Origin: Seison nebaliae
Taxonomy: Eukaryota
DNA length: 64,000 bases
Assembly: GCA_023231475.1 (NCBI GenBank)
Contig: JALJEE010002373.1
Span: 1-64,000, forward strand
Direction of reading: 5' to 3'
Below are positions 37,289 through 50,001 of the stretch, in pieces. The translations under genes and the position numbers were made by a program. Under the pieces are notes generated by a model. The model saw nothing but the letters and a program-made list of their open reading frames with translations. It had not been told where the DNA came from and did not search any database. Position 1 is the first letter of the stretch, and each line of letters starts with the position of its first letter.

Positions 37289-37703
37289 AGTTTTTAGGTG
37301 GCCATAAAAGAAATTCAATTAAAGAAAAAAGGATTGAAGTCTAATTCATTTTCATTTGATAGGTCTAGTTCAATTACAGTTAACTGAACTTATACTGTCC
37401 TTTCAATGACTTGAAAAATTAAAATTTGTTTAATGGGATATAACAACACAAATTTAATGTTAGTTCTCCTTCATTAAATTTATGTAATTTCTTCCAATAT
37501 ATATTTAAAATAATAAAGTTTTCAAAATAATAAAAATAATACTATTGTTGCTATATGAATAATATAACTGGAATTGTAAAATTTATCATTTTCTTAAAGT
37601 TTAATAAATAAAGAATTGTGAAAGGTAATGGAAAAACGTTTGAACAATTTTTTGATGAATGTGATTAAGTGAATAGATGAATCTTTACTAACTAATAGTC
37701 GAA

Positions 37704-40700
37704 CTATGGGGACGGTTCAGGGAGAGGTAATTGACCATTAAAAAGATCGATATAAAGTGCACCAACTAATTTTATACCAACTAAAATTGTGGGTAAATAT
37801 GCTGCTTCAACTTGATGGTATTTGCTAAACATCAAAAGAATCACCAGTATTGGATAAATGATGGAATAGCCACTGTATAACCAAACAAGGAAAATAATGG
37901 AAAATGCAAATGCTGTGATGTCGAATAGATTTGTTGCATAACGAAGCCATATACGACCATAATGATTATTAAGAATTTGCTCGGAAACCATTCGCGTTTC
38001 TTCGAATTCGTCTCCGCCACCAGCATTTCCCTTCTTTCCGCTTTTTCCCTTGGCTTTTCCTGTTTTTTTACCACCTATAAATTAGAAATTATTTAATTGA
38101 TCAACTTCTATTATAACAAGATTATATTAACCAGACTTCGGAGTTTTTGTTGCTGATGCTTTGCTTGGTGCCAATGATGGTGCTTTTGATGGCTTCGGAG
38201 ATCCCCCACTTTTTGCTTGTTTTATATGTGAATTGGTCTTTTTCAATTTGGGAGAATCAACACGCATTACTGATTTTTTTGATGTGGTAGACGAACTATG
38301 TCTCCTATCAAATGAATAAGAGGTTTTATGAGTAGTCGTTGATGGTTTGTGTGTTACTGCAATATACGGTTTGGTAGACGAAATACTCGATCGTTGTTTT
38401 TGATGAGACGAATTATTGATACTTCCTTTAAGAATTGACGATCGTGCATTTGCAGTTATTGGCTTATTCTTCATAGTAAGAGAACCTGTCACATAAGGAA
38501 TACTTCTAGAATGAGACGAATAAGTTCCTTCGGATGTACGACGATCTACTCGATGAACTTTATGCAATTCAGTTCTTCTTCTCATCATTGCATTTCGCTT
38601 GGGTATGTTCGTCATTCTAGATTGTACTCTTTGTGGTACACCACGTAAACTTAGTTTTTGATCGGACGACATTTCTTTTAATGCCGATGATCCATCTTGG
38701 GTATTGGATATGTAATGATCTTTCATAAGTTGTCGTCCAACAGTATTACTTCTTCTCTTTCTTTTCATTTGAGGAACACCTAATAATGCCGGATTAACAA
38801 TTGCAGGCTGACTCTACATTTTGACGATAGATTTTAAAACAAAATACAGAGAATTTCAAAGAAAAACTATCGATTTAAGTGACGGTTTGGATTCTGTATA
38901 TTTCGTACTATACTGCAAACCAAAAAATACGAACGTTATAGAAGTTATTAATAGACCTAACGAATATAATTGAACTCTCTCGTTTACGTCCTAAGGTTAA
39001 GAATTTAATGGAGAGGTTTCTTAATTTTTAACACTAAAGCAAACCACTGTCTTGTGTATCTTGAGAACTACTCATTACTTTATTATTTTTTGTAATATTT
39101 CTACTCAAAATTTTTTTCTGAAATATATTTAATTTTTTTGAAATAATTTTCGATAAATTTAACTGGTTGATCATTAGAAGTACTTGAAGCATAACGTACC
39201 TCTGACATTAATTGAGAGTGTCCTTCTCTTTCTCCTTCCTCTTCTTCACTTGGTTGGTCACTTCTTATGCGTCCTAAAGTACCGAAACTACGGCCTTTAT
39301 TGATGTTCATCGGTCGACCAGATAATCCTTGAGGTTTATGTGCTTCATTTTGGTTTATGAATTCCATGAATCTATCACCAGTCATCTAAGAATAAATTTA
39401 TTTGTTTCGATAAAAGAAAGATTGAAACTGATGAGTCCAATGATGGTGTCGATCCGAATCTACGTAATTTACCCTGTTCTTTACCAGTGAAATTTTCATC
39501 TAAATGAACATTTAACTCTCCGACACGTCTTGGATTCAACGTTCGTTTAATATCTATTTTTGCTTCTCCTTCTATCTGACGATTTATTACTCTGACATCT
39601 CGTTGTGCTGTTGGTGAATCAGATTCTTCATAAAAACCTTCATAATCTACATCATGTTCAGATTTTGCATAAGTCTCAGGCTCGGCAATTACTTTTGTTG
39701 CCACTATATTTTCGTGAGAGATATCTGGCTCATCCAAAGTAGTTCTTATTCGTTGTTCTTGATGATCACCCTCCGATTCAGTATAAATTGGCAAAGATTC
39801 AAATTCAACATGATATTCATAACTTTCGTTCGGTGTTTCTACTTGGCTTAATGCTGAATCTTCTTTTTCAGATGAAATATATTGATCTCCCACATCAGTT
39901 AAAGTTTTCTCATCTAAATCTTTCGTCGAACTACTATCATTCGGTTCCGAAATATTTTCGGGCATTTCTACAAGTTCCGAATTAATTATTAGGAATCTAG
40001 GAGTTGCGTCTCCTGCCATATTTTTCTTTAAGATAATTTTAAAATTTAAGGAAATATTATTAAGGATATTGAGTTAAAAAATAACCTCTTTTCCATCAAC
40101 ATAACCAGCATAGTTCGTATCAAAACTTGATTCATCATTTTCAGTTAAATCTTCTCGTTTCTTTAAAGTTTTTCCATTATTTAGAGGAGCTGATTGACGA
40201 ACAGTTTCTGTATCAAAATGAGAAGTTTCATTTGAATTGACTGCCGTCGAAATGAAAGTCGAAGTTTCTTTTTGACACGTTTTTAACGAGTCGTCTTCTT
40301 CATGAAAACTTTGGAATAATTTTTCATGATTCGAAATCAATTTTTTTGTTTCAGCATTAAACGTTTCTTTATTCATTTCGTCCAATGTAACGCTAATATT
40401 TGTTGCATTTTCTAACAGTTGTATATCGTTTTGCAATAAATGGGTTGAACTAAATTTTTTAGTTTCTGAAGTAACATTCTTAGTAACATGTTGTTCTAAT
40501 AGTTCTTCTGAAAGGTTAACATCTTCTGGTTTAATTAAAGTGACGTTATTCTCGAATTGAAGCATTTGATAAGTTTTATTATCTTTCTCAAATTTATAAA
40601 CCACTTGTCCACTTGTTTTGTTATTGGGTGGATGATTGAATTCGGCAGTTTGTGAGCTACTTTCATTTGTCATTTTAGAAATTAATTGTTGGGCATTCTT

Positions 40701-41501
40701 CCTCTTTTCCATTATTTGTTTATCGACTTTCTTCTTTTTTGAACGACGGTCTTTTTTAGATGTTCCACGTTTAACTTTTTCTGGTTTCTGTACTTTATTA
40801 ACAATACTTAATAATTCATCGAAAGTAACTTCAGCAGACGCTTTCGATAAACTTCTTTTACTTTTAGTTCGTCTTCTATTTGAATCACTTTCTTTTGGCG
40901 ACTTATCATATGTCTTAGATCGTCGGTTTTTCCGTTGACGATGTCGCGAAGAACTTGTAGATCTTATTTCACCTTTACTATTAACATTTGAATAGTTTCC
41001 TATATCTTTTGCCGTTTTTGTTAATTGAGAGAAATAGCCTTTTAATCTATTGATATCCGACTGCTTATGACCTAAACTTCCAGTAGAGGTAATGGATGAA
41101 ATTTTCTTTTTATTTTTTTGTTTTTGGGATCTTCTACTACTAGATCTAAAGTTTTTATTATCACCACTCTTTTTATTTTCCTTCAAATATTTAAGGAATC
41201 TCGTTTTCTTCTTTCGAGCATCTTGTGACAATTCCGAATCGGAACACATTAAAATTAATTTCAAATTTTTCATTTCGTCAGATGACTCTCTTTCAACTTT
41301 ATGTCTGCGTTTTTGATGAGATCGTCGTGATTTTCGGTGTGGTGAAGGGAATTTTAGGATGTTGGAATTATTCACATTCATTTCGGGTAGAATGTAGTTG
41401 CACAAATTGTCCGTAGGAGGACCACCCAAGTTCGACCATAATGTTGTATCAGAATCATCCGATTTTGATGATGTATTCAAAGTTTCCTTCGATTTTCCCA
41501 T
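37704..41501 (-). CDS. Large orphan protein: basic/acidic disordered body and C-terminal transmembrane segments, about 7-8 exons
   Basis: ORFs 40074, 39375, 39101, 38127 and 37704 join in frame via GTT..AG introns. The last exon encodes 2-3 hydrophobic helices. Start codon uncertain. Confidence 0.68.
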
Positions 41502-42054
41502 TACGAGAAGTTTACACAAAAAAAAGTAATCTTATAAAATAAAATAGGAAATTTATTCATTCTTATTTCATTTTTCTTCCTTCTATATTTTCGTTTAGAT
41601 GAAACAAATTTAATTAGTTAGTTACAAAACAAAATTCGAATTTTCCATTCCTATTCACTTTAAACCGATTAACTTTCCTCTCTCATGAAATTCTTAAACT
41701 TTTCATGATATTAATAATGAGATATCTGATGAATGTCAAATTGACAACAAGGAAGAGAAAAATAATATAATTTTGTATTTGTATTCTCAAAATAATATTA
41801 TGTATGTTTGATAAGATCTCCATAATGTAGAGGAAGTTGAAAACTAGTTTTTTCTCTTTATCGTTCCCAATTTGATCTTCTTGAGATTCTATTAAAAGTT
41901 TATCAATAAAATTTAAAAGAAAAATCAAAAAATTAATTATAATATAAATGAATATTATAAGTGAAATTATATTATTATTTTATATTAATTAAAATAAATA
42001 AACGTTAGGTTTAACGAAATAAAACGAAATTCAATTATGAATTTAATCTCTTCT

Positions 42055-43617
42055 CTAATTATGAACTGGCATAGCTGTCGCTGATCGTTGAGTTTTCAGA
42101 TCAATTTCCGATGATTTCCAATAGGATGTAACCGTTTTTAATTGAGTGTAAAAATTGATACCAGCCTTTCCGTAGAAGTTCTGATCTCCAACAAATGACG
42201 CTCGAGATCCAGTAAATGAGAACATCGGTAACGGAACTGGAATTGGAACGTTTATTCCAATTTGTCCACAGTCTACTTCATTGGTGAATTTTCTAGCTGC
42301 TGCTCCATTGTTAGTGAAGATGGCTGTTCCATTACCATATCGATTATGATTGATGATATTAATTGCTTCATCTAATGATTTTGCTTGCATGATAACTAAT
42401 ACAGGACCAAAAATCTCTTCTTGATAACATTCCATGTTGTTACGAACTTTATTCAAAATTGTTGGACCAACAAAATTGCCATTAGCATATTTCCCAGCTA
42501 ATTTCAGATCTCTTCCATCTAATATGATTTCTGCACCTTCATCAATTCCCGATTGGACTAACTCGCAAATTCTTTTTTTAGCTTCAGGTGAAATGACTGG
42601 ACCCAAATCAGCATCCGGTTCCATTCCTCCCGAAACTTTCAATTGTTTCGTTTTCTCAACAAGTTCATCGATCCATTCATTCGCTTCACCAACGAATATT
42701 GCTGTACTGAGAGCCATACATCTTTGGCCAGCAGCACCAAAAGCTGAACCGATTAATTGATTGAGAGTTTGTTCTTTATTGGCATCAGGTAAAATTATTC
42801 CATGATTTTTCGCGCCCATATTCGATTGAACACGTTTTCCATTTTTGCATCCTTTCTCATAAATATATCGTCCAGCTTTATCAGATCCGACGAAAGAAAT
42901 GGCTTTAATTCGTTCATCTTTCAAAATGAAATTAACAGCATCGTGAGAGCCATGAATCACATTCAATACACCATCAGGTAGACCAGCCTCTTTTGCTAAT
43001 TTGGCTAATAACATCGTACATCCTGGATCTCTTTCACTCGGTTTCATTAACATCGTATTACCGGTAACCGTTGCTAATGGAAACATCCATAAAGGAATCA
43101 TAGCAGGAAAATTAAAAGGAGCAATTCCTGCTGTCACACCAAGTGGAATACGATAAGAATGACAATCCATATCTGAAGCAATATTCTGCATCGTTTCTCC
43201 CATCAATAATGATGTAATACTGCAAGAATGCTCTACCACTTGCAGACCACGCATTACATCACCTTCTGCATCAATCAAAGTTTTACCTTGTTCACTTGTT
43301 ATACTTTCTGCCAATTTGCGCATGTTCTCCTTGATTAATTGTTGAAATTTCAACATGACTTGTTGTCGTCGGAGAACGGTGGTTTGAGACCAGGATTTAA
43401 ATGCTTTCTCACAACTTACACTCGCCATCTTCATCTCTTCTTTTGTCGCCTGAGGAACGCGACAGATTATTTCATTTGTCGCCGGATTATGTAAATCTAT
43501 CCATTTGTCTGTTTTCGATTCGACTTCCTGTCCATTAATCCATAAATTCACTTTAGGAATGGACGAGCTGAATCTTTTGAAAGAAATTAAATAATTCGAT
43601 CGCTGTAGAAAACTCAT
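42055..43617 (-). CDS. ALDH6A1: Methylmalonate-semialdehyde dehydrogenase (acylating), mitochondrial, single exon
   Basis: [44 protein letters not shown], and an N-terminal transit-like peptide. Confidence 0.98.
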   Translation of the reverse strand: MSFLQRSNYLISFKRFSSSIPKVNLWINGQEVESKTDKWIDLHNPATNEIICRVPQATKEEMKMASVSCEKAFKSWSQTTVLRRQQVMLKFQQLIKENMRKLAESITSEQGKTLIDAEGDVMRGLQVVEHSCSITSLLMGETMQNIASDMDCHSYRIPLGVTAGIAPFNFPAMIPLWMFPLATVTGNTMLMKPSERDPGCTMLLAKLAKEAGLPDGVLNVIHGSHDAVNFILKDERIKAISFVGSDKAGRYIYEKGCKNGKRVQSNMGAKNHGIILPDANKEQTLNQLIGSAFGAAGQRCMALSTAIFVGEANEWIDELVEKTKQLKVSGGMEPDADLGPVISPEAKKRICELVQSGIDEGAEIILDGRDLKLAGKYANGNFVGPTILNKVRNNMECYQEEIFGPVLVIMQAKSLDEAINIINHNRYGNGTAIFTNNGAAARKFTNEVDCGQIGINVPIPVPLPMFSFTGSRASFVGDQNFYGKAGINFYTQLKTVTSYWKSSEIDLKTQRSATAMPVHN

Positions 43618-43840
43618 TTTCGAATGATTAACAAGAATTCTTCGAATATCTGATGTAGATACAAAAAATGCAATCGAACGACTACATTTTTTTTAGAAGA
43701 ATGAAAATTCTCCGATTGTTTTTAGAAATTTTGAGATTTAAACTTTTATCCTGTCCCATAAGCGTAGAAATATTAAATGAATGATTTCCTAATCAGCAAT
43801 TGCTTTTAATGAATTACATAAATAATTTTAATTTCCAGAA

Positions 43841-43854
43841 GTTCCCTTGGAAAC
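43841..43854. promoter_or_regulatory. X-box-like palindrome upstream of ALDH6A1
   Basis: GTTCCC-TT-GGAAAC fits RTHNYY-WT-RRNRAC, about 225 bp upstream of the ATG. Confidence 0.4.
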
Positions 43855-43888
43855 AATGAACAATAATTATATAAATAAACAACTTCTG

Positions 43889-43911
43889 TATATATATATA
43901 TATATATATAT
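43889..43911. repeat. (TA)n microsatellite
   Basis: About 11 TA units. Confidence 0.9.
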
Positions 43912-44450
43912 GAATCGAATTATTATGAAGTTTAATATTATATTGTGGAAAAAATCTGCCATAGTTACATTTTCAATCACTTTATGATTTTATCTCATCA
44001 ATTTTGATGCGACAATGGATAAAAACAAGAATGTCCATTGTGATAATTATCAGAAAAGATTCAATGAACATAAATTGAATAAATCATAGAATCAATTTCG
44101 ATTTCGATCGAACAGATTTGAATCTCCAACTTTAACAGAATAATATAAATTTCAGACAATTGTTAAAAACGAAATTAACATTAACGAAAAAGAATGATAT
44201 TATAGATATTTAGGTTTTAGCTTTTTTAACATTGCCTCACGGACATCTGATATTTTCATTTAAATTGTAGATTTTAACGAGAACTTAACTTAACATCATA
44301 TTGTGTTGGAATAATATTGTATTTATGCTTGTTTGGATATTATATTTATTTCTAAAGGAAACTATTAAATGTTTTCAAATTAGTTTAATTTAGTTTCATT
44401 CATATTTTTAATGATGGTGTTGTATCTGTTGAGGTAACAAATATGTACCA

Positions 44451-44956
44451 TTATATATCATCGAAAGTAAATGGTTCGAATTTATCCCAATCAGAAGAAA
44501 TGTCGGAGAATTTAACCTCTTCGAATTTCAAATCTTCCATCGGGGGATTTTTATCGTTATTAGACCACACGTTAGTTACCCGATTTCCCTCAGAATCTAC
44601 CGCAGAATTTGACCCAAAGTTAAACGATTTACTTCCTCCGGAATTCCATGAGGAACCTGAACCCGAACTAAATGAGGAACTAAATCCTCCAGTTTTCTTC
44701 GTTTTAAGATTTACGCCTTTATCTAATTTATTATCTACCCAATTCGACAGTTTTCTTTTCCCCCATTGGCCCAATCTTGAAAATAACCCAGGTTTATCAT
44801 CTTTATTTTCTGAATTCCAAGAAAATTCTTTCTTAACCAATGCACCTGAAATGACAAATTAAAGATTAGTAAATTAAATATTTCATGAATATTTAATTAA
44901 TTTTAACCGGTAATCAAATTGAGAAAGAACAGAATGAAAAATAATTTCAAATACAT
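44451..44956 (-). CDS. 147-aa secreted precursor-like protein, 2 exons
   Basis: MYLKLFFILFFLNLITG^ALVKK-EFSW...GLFSRLGQW-GKRK...KK... Signal peptide, dibasic sites, and a 62-nt GTTAAA..CAG intron at 44846-44907. Confidence 0.8.
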
Positions 44957-45539
44957 TTTTGAATCATACATACTAAATTAAAGAACATTTAACAAATTTA
45001 TAATTGTAAAAAGCAATTAAATCTTCATTAAGAACTGACAATATAATATGATTTCCTGATTTGAAATTTCATCGAACAATTCAATCTGACCGTATTTCCG
45101 AAAGGCGAACAAAAATATTGTTTATATTTTGTCCACATTTTGTTCTCACATGAACTAAAAAAAGCATCATCGAATTTATAATGGAAAATGCTACAACACA
45201 ATTTCATGAAATTTATATTTATAATTATTATTTATTCCTGAAATTCCCGTCAGGATAAATTTATGACTTGATTTAATAATAATGATTAATTCATTATTAG
45301 ATTCAGTTCATATTTTACATATAACATATTAAAAAAAAACAAATTAAATTTATGAAAATGATAACGGCAGACCAAAATTGGTCTGAAGAAGCATATGCTT
45401 CTTCCATATAGTTAGATATAAAATTAGGTAAATTATTAATTATGTTAGTTTTAATATTCTGATTCTTATTTCGTCTATCCTGTTCTGTCACTTCACAATA
45501 TCAATGTTATTGATCCGTTACTTCATAACGCGACACGAG

Positions 45540-47300
45540 ACGCATAATCCGACTGGCTAATGTGTTTCCTAAAATAATGCTTTACATAATTCCACTTTTA
45601 ATTTTTTTAGTAGTGAGTCCTCGCAATCAAAGTTCCCTTGTAAGTTGAACATTAGATCTTTATAATCGACTTTATGTAACATTATCTCATTTATATAATC
45701 GACAATCAAGTTGGTGTGTTTATCATCAAAACCACCCACGACTTTGAGACAGCAATCATCATGACCATGAGATTTTGACAAATTCATAATGGACAGAGTG
45801 GCACGTACCTCATTCAACGTTAACTCAACATAAGAATGATGAAACTTTATCGATTTTGATGGATTGAATGATGTTACAACTGAGGAATCGAACATTGATA
45901 ATTTAAAGAAATCCACAAATTCTTTAATTAGGAAGAATCATCATTCATGACCGAACATCCTCTATTAGGCATGATCATGTCAGCTTTTAGTTGACCTAAG
46001 ACGCGAAAATTTGTAATTTTCTTGTAATTGGGCTGTTGTGAATGGAATCAGTGACATTCTGGACTTTTTGGCACTATCACCATAAAAATTCACACATAAG
46101 ATCTTACTTCAATCGAACAGATAGATTCGCAATGAATTCTGAAATTTGAGGGCAAGAGGCACTTTCGAAAAAAAATGATCATACCTGAAGAACATGTTCT
46201 ATTATCATTAGAAGGAATCGCAGGAGAGAGATAAACAAAATGAGAAGATAAATTAGATAAGGCATTCGAAAGAGAAATGATCCAGGTCTGAATTCCAAGA
46301 ATGATCTGAAATGATAACTCCAAGAATTCGGACAAGAATCCCTGAGAGCCATGGACATTGAAAGAAATAAATGAGAGAGTCATTGAAGATAGACCTGATT
46401 GAATAGTAGAATCGAACTGTTGACTAGTGGACATAATTTTTGTGAGGAATCATCCCAAATCAAGGAGATGCGAACAGTTTTCTCTGAGGAACTACTTCGA
46501 ATTTCCATTAAAAAAAAACGGTCTAAAACTACATCCCGTGGGTCAGAAAGACGATATCGTAAATTTCTCGTAATCTTCATGTTCGTCGCGATGATGATAC
46601 TGCTGTTTTCATTATTAAGGATTGTACCATCACTTACTTTCATAACTCTCGAGATTTGACGGCATTCAATTTGTTTAGATTTCAGATGCTTCTCAATTAT
46701 GGATAAATCCATAGAAAAATTCTTCTTGTGGCTTTCGATTGATCTTTTTTCACCGGGACAAAGTCAGAATCCACGTTTCCATCACAGACAACCAGAGGAT
46801 GTCTCACGTTCTTGGATTTGCTCACTCTTGTATAATTATCATTCATGAATGGTTTTGGATTGTTCTCATCGATGATTTTTTGTTTTTTTGAAAAATCGAT
46901 TTTTTTTTCTTATTACATACGTTTTCCTTATTATTAATTCTCTTTAGCAAATTATTAGAATCGTGAGTAATTAACTTATCAGAAATTATTCTATACAAAT
47001 TCTTTAAGCTCTCTTGCTCAACAATATTGGACGATAATTTTTCGTTGATTTTTTCTACTTTTTCACATATTTCCGTTTTTCTGAGAGAACTACCATGTTC
47101 TTCTTGTACTCCAAATTCTCGGAAAGCAAACGATTTAGTTTTAATTGAATTGACACCAATCCCGTTTTTTTGATCGAACAATTACCATCTACACCTGTAC
47201 CCAAACGGGTTCTTTTATTTGTGGAAGGTGTACAGATATTTTTAAAACCCTTCGGTCTTCCCCTTCCTCTCTTGCCTTCACCAATTGGCTTTTCCGGCGC
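45540..47300 (-). mobile_element. Degenerate LINE-like element (ORF1-like region, APE endonuclease, pre-RT segment)
   Basis: LSFISFNVHG...IILGIQTW...SSGMIIFFRK (APE-like) and LTLNEVRATLSIMNLSKSHGHD (pre-RT K(S/A)PGxD-like motif). Upstream fragment with GRGRPKG. Broken by stops and frameshifts. Confidence 0.75.
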
Positions 47301-47514
47301 TCAAAAAATTCAATAAAAGCAATTATGCACTATTTATAATATTTTATTATATTTTTAAAATCGTTTTTTTTAAATTCGTTTCAGAATTTTGTAAGATATT
47401 ATTCATAACAACGATTTGTGAGGTAAGTAGAATCTTTGTGACTTTCCCAAAAGCTGTCTCTGGCAATTATCTGGTTAAAATAATAAAATAAGTAGTTTCT
47501 TCAAAAAAAGTTCA

Positions 47515-48519
47515 CTATACTTTCAACATTTTTCTCAGTAATGGATTAATATCGAAAATGTTAAGTTTTCTTTCAAGAAATTCGAACTCAACGTATTCAT
47601 TTACATCTTGTAGTAAAGTAGCATCATCTTTAGTATTTTCGGTCCTAGAATATTTTAATATTCAAAGATTTCAAGATTTAACGTTATTAATTAGTTGTAG
47701 CAGAAGAAAACCAACGAAAAATCGTCAAAAAATAGTCTCTCAGAGAAACAGACAACAACTGCATAATAAGGTAATGTCCAATTACTATACACAAGGTCGG
47801 GAAAGAATTCGAACAGGTCTACTATTCGATCTTTCGACAATTCATTTGTATAGAAATGTTGCACCGCTTCCGCTAAGCTCTATAAATAATCTTTATTTGA
47901 CAAATGCAAAATTGTTGAAACTAACTTGACGATCAAATGAATCAGTAATTATGTGATCCTCATACAGTCTGAAAATTCTTTTCAAATGTTGAAGACGATG
48001 GGGTAGAACTTCACAATACTTGTTTATATATTCAAACGGTGTCATATCTTCAATATTAGAAGAAGGAGTTTATAATTAATTACCTTTCCTACCAACTTTC
48101 TAATTTCTGAAGATCTATCGGTAAAGTAAATCGGCAACTTTGTAATGACGGAGCTACCCTAAGATCAACCTTATCATGTTTAAATTTCTAGTAAATATTT
48201 GGTTCTTTTGTCAAATTTTAATAAAATTTAAAAATTTACCTGTATCAATCGTATAATATCTATAGATGGATCCTCTGTTAATTTACTATACAATGGATGA
48301 ACTGACAGAACATCCCGCTAAGAATAGATAATTATGAAATAAATTAAGAGAATTCTGTCAAACATTATATGTTGCAGGTGCGGTTTTTTCATAATTAATG
48401 GAACCATAATCATCAGTTACATATACGTTATGATTTGCAAGTTTCTTTTCATTTTTGAAGGTTTCATATTTTAAATCCAACAATATATTCTTCAGTTCAT
48501 CTTGTTGATTTTGCCGCAT
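47515..48519 (-). CDS. Uncharacterised protein with a degenerate EF-hand-like C-terminal half, 6 exons (5' end uncertain; mostly missed by the ORF track)
   Basis: In-frame assembly: ...ATYN^RDVLSVHPLYSKL..IQ^KFKH..APSLQSCRFTLPIDLQKLE^NMTPFEYINKYCEVLPHRLQHLKRIF..RQ^SLAEAVQHFY..VVCFSERLFF..^..EFEFLERKLNIFDINPLLRKMLKV*. Four GTT donors and one CAG|GTAAAT donor. Confidence 0.8.
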
Positions 48520-49469
48520 ATCTTTGTTATTGTTATAATAAGTCGAAGAAAACTTTACAGACGATGAATAGATTAGAATTATAATTCTACGTTTATAAAT
48601 ATGGAGGCGCACTTGCTTTCATGAAACAACAAAAAGAAAGTAGAATATATACAATTTACGTTCAAAAGAATATTTGTTTTCTATTGAGCTTCTACTCGAT
48701 TGTTATATATTAGTTTGTAGATAAGCGTATGTAGACGAATAGTCAGACGATGCATTCAATCGATAAATCAACATTCTCCTTAAGGACATAAATAAAAATT
48801 TTAAATTTTACAACTCGAATCATTTGAATAATCAGAAACTTTTTTATAACTGTTCTATGGGAAAGCAAATTTCTATTTTTATATTTTCTTTCAATCGATA
48901 TTTCATTTCGATTCTTTGACTAATGGCAATAATATTTCTATTGTTAAGATTATGTTCAAATTTATTTTTACCATTTTGTTATTTATCCCGATGGGAATTC
49001 TAATAAATTAATGGGAAGTAGACGATTGGATATCCCATAATATTGATCTTAACTTGAAGTATTTATTTCGATTTTCAAAGAAGATTGAATCGAAACTGAC
49101 GGTAGATGTAATTTATCCAGAGAGTTTGAGAGTAAAGTTTTTTGACATTCCACCTGAACTTCAATCTATCATAAATTAAGGAACATTTAGGTTATATCAT
49201 AAACTTAAGAAAAATGTTCGATGACATTTCATGCGAAAATTTTCGTTCTCTACTAAAATGCTTTATGATATGGAACCGATTTCTTTCAGAGAATGTTAGG
49301 TCGTTGTCACATTTGTTGATTTTGAAACAATTGGATTTTTATCGATTTACTTGAAGAATATAACCGTTTATGATGATATATGGACATGTATCGTTTAATA
49401 ATTGAAATGTTAAAAAAGATAGAGATGTATATGTATTAGCTTATTTAGTTTAAAGGAAAATATTATTCT

Positions 49470-49483
49470 GTTGCTATGGTAAT
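49470..49483. promoter_or_regulatory. RFX X-box-like element in a divergent promoter
   Basis: GTTGCT-AT-GGTAAT between the 47.5-48.5 kb gene (-) and the PKD1-like gene (+). Confidence 0.65.
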
Positions 49484-50001
49484 GCGATGATTGCGATCAC
49501 TTCAGTGAAACATTTATTTCGATTAAAAACTTTATTCTCTCTCTTTTCCACGTGAGGAGCTTGATTTTATGTAAAATATTTCTCCTCTTGTCATAATTAT
49601 CATTATTTACTTTCTCACTACATCTTGAAAAGAAATCGTTTCTATGAGAAGATTATCCAATATTCTTTTTAATTTAAAGTGAAAGAGTGAAAAACTTAAC
49701 TAATTTACAATTACTAATCTTCAGAAGAGGGTAACAAGTAGAAACCAAACAATTCACCAATCGAAAAGAAATATGCAATTTAGAAAGATTTTATTAAACA
49801 ACTAATCGATTTTTCTAATTCCACACCGAATTTTTTTTATTCTTCTTCATTCATACATTTGTAAAGTTTCTTAAATCCATACTAAAGATTGAAGTCAATG
49901 AACTTTCAATTAATTTTAATATTTCCAATGTTTTCAGAATTTTCTTATTAGAAATAAAAATATATAATACTATTTTTAAACTTTAAGATGGTTTAATTAT
50001 C

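Noticed and set aside
48358..48612. ORF resembling a LINE ORF1 C-terminus (KKLANHNVYVTDDY)
   Set aside because: It splices in frame into the six-exon host gene at 47515-48519, so it is better explained as an exon.
48620..49390. Possible upstream coding exons of the EF-hand-like gene
   Set aside because: Every splice path I tried hit a stop. It may be spliced 5' UTR.
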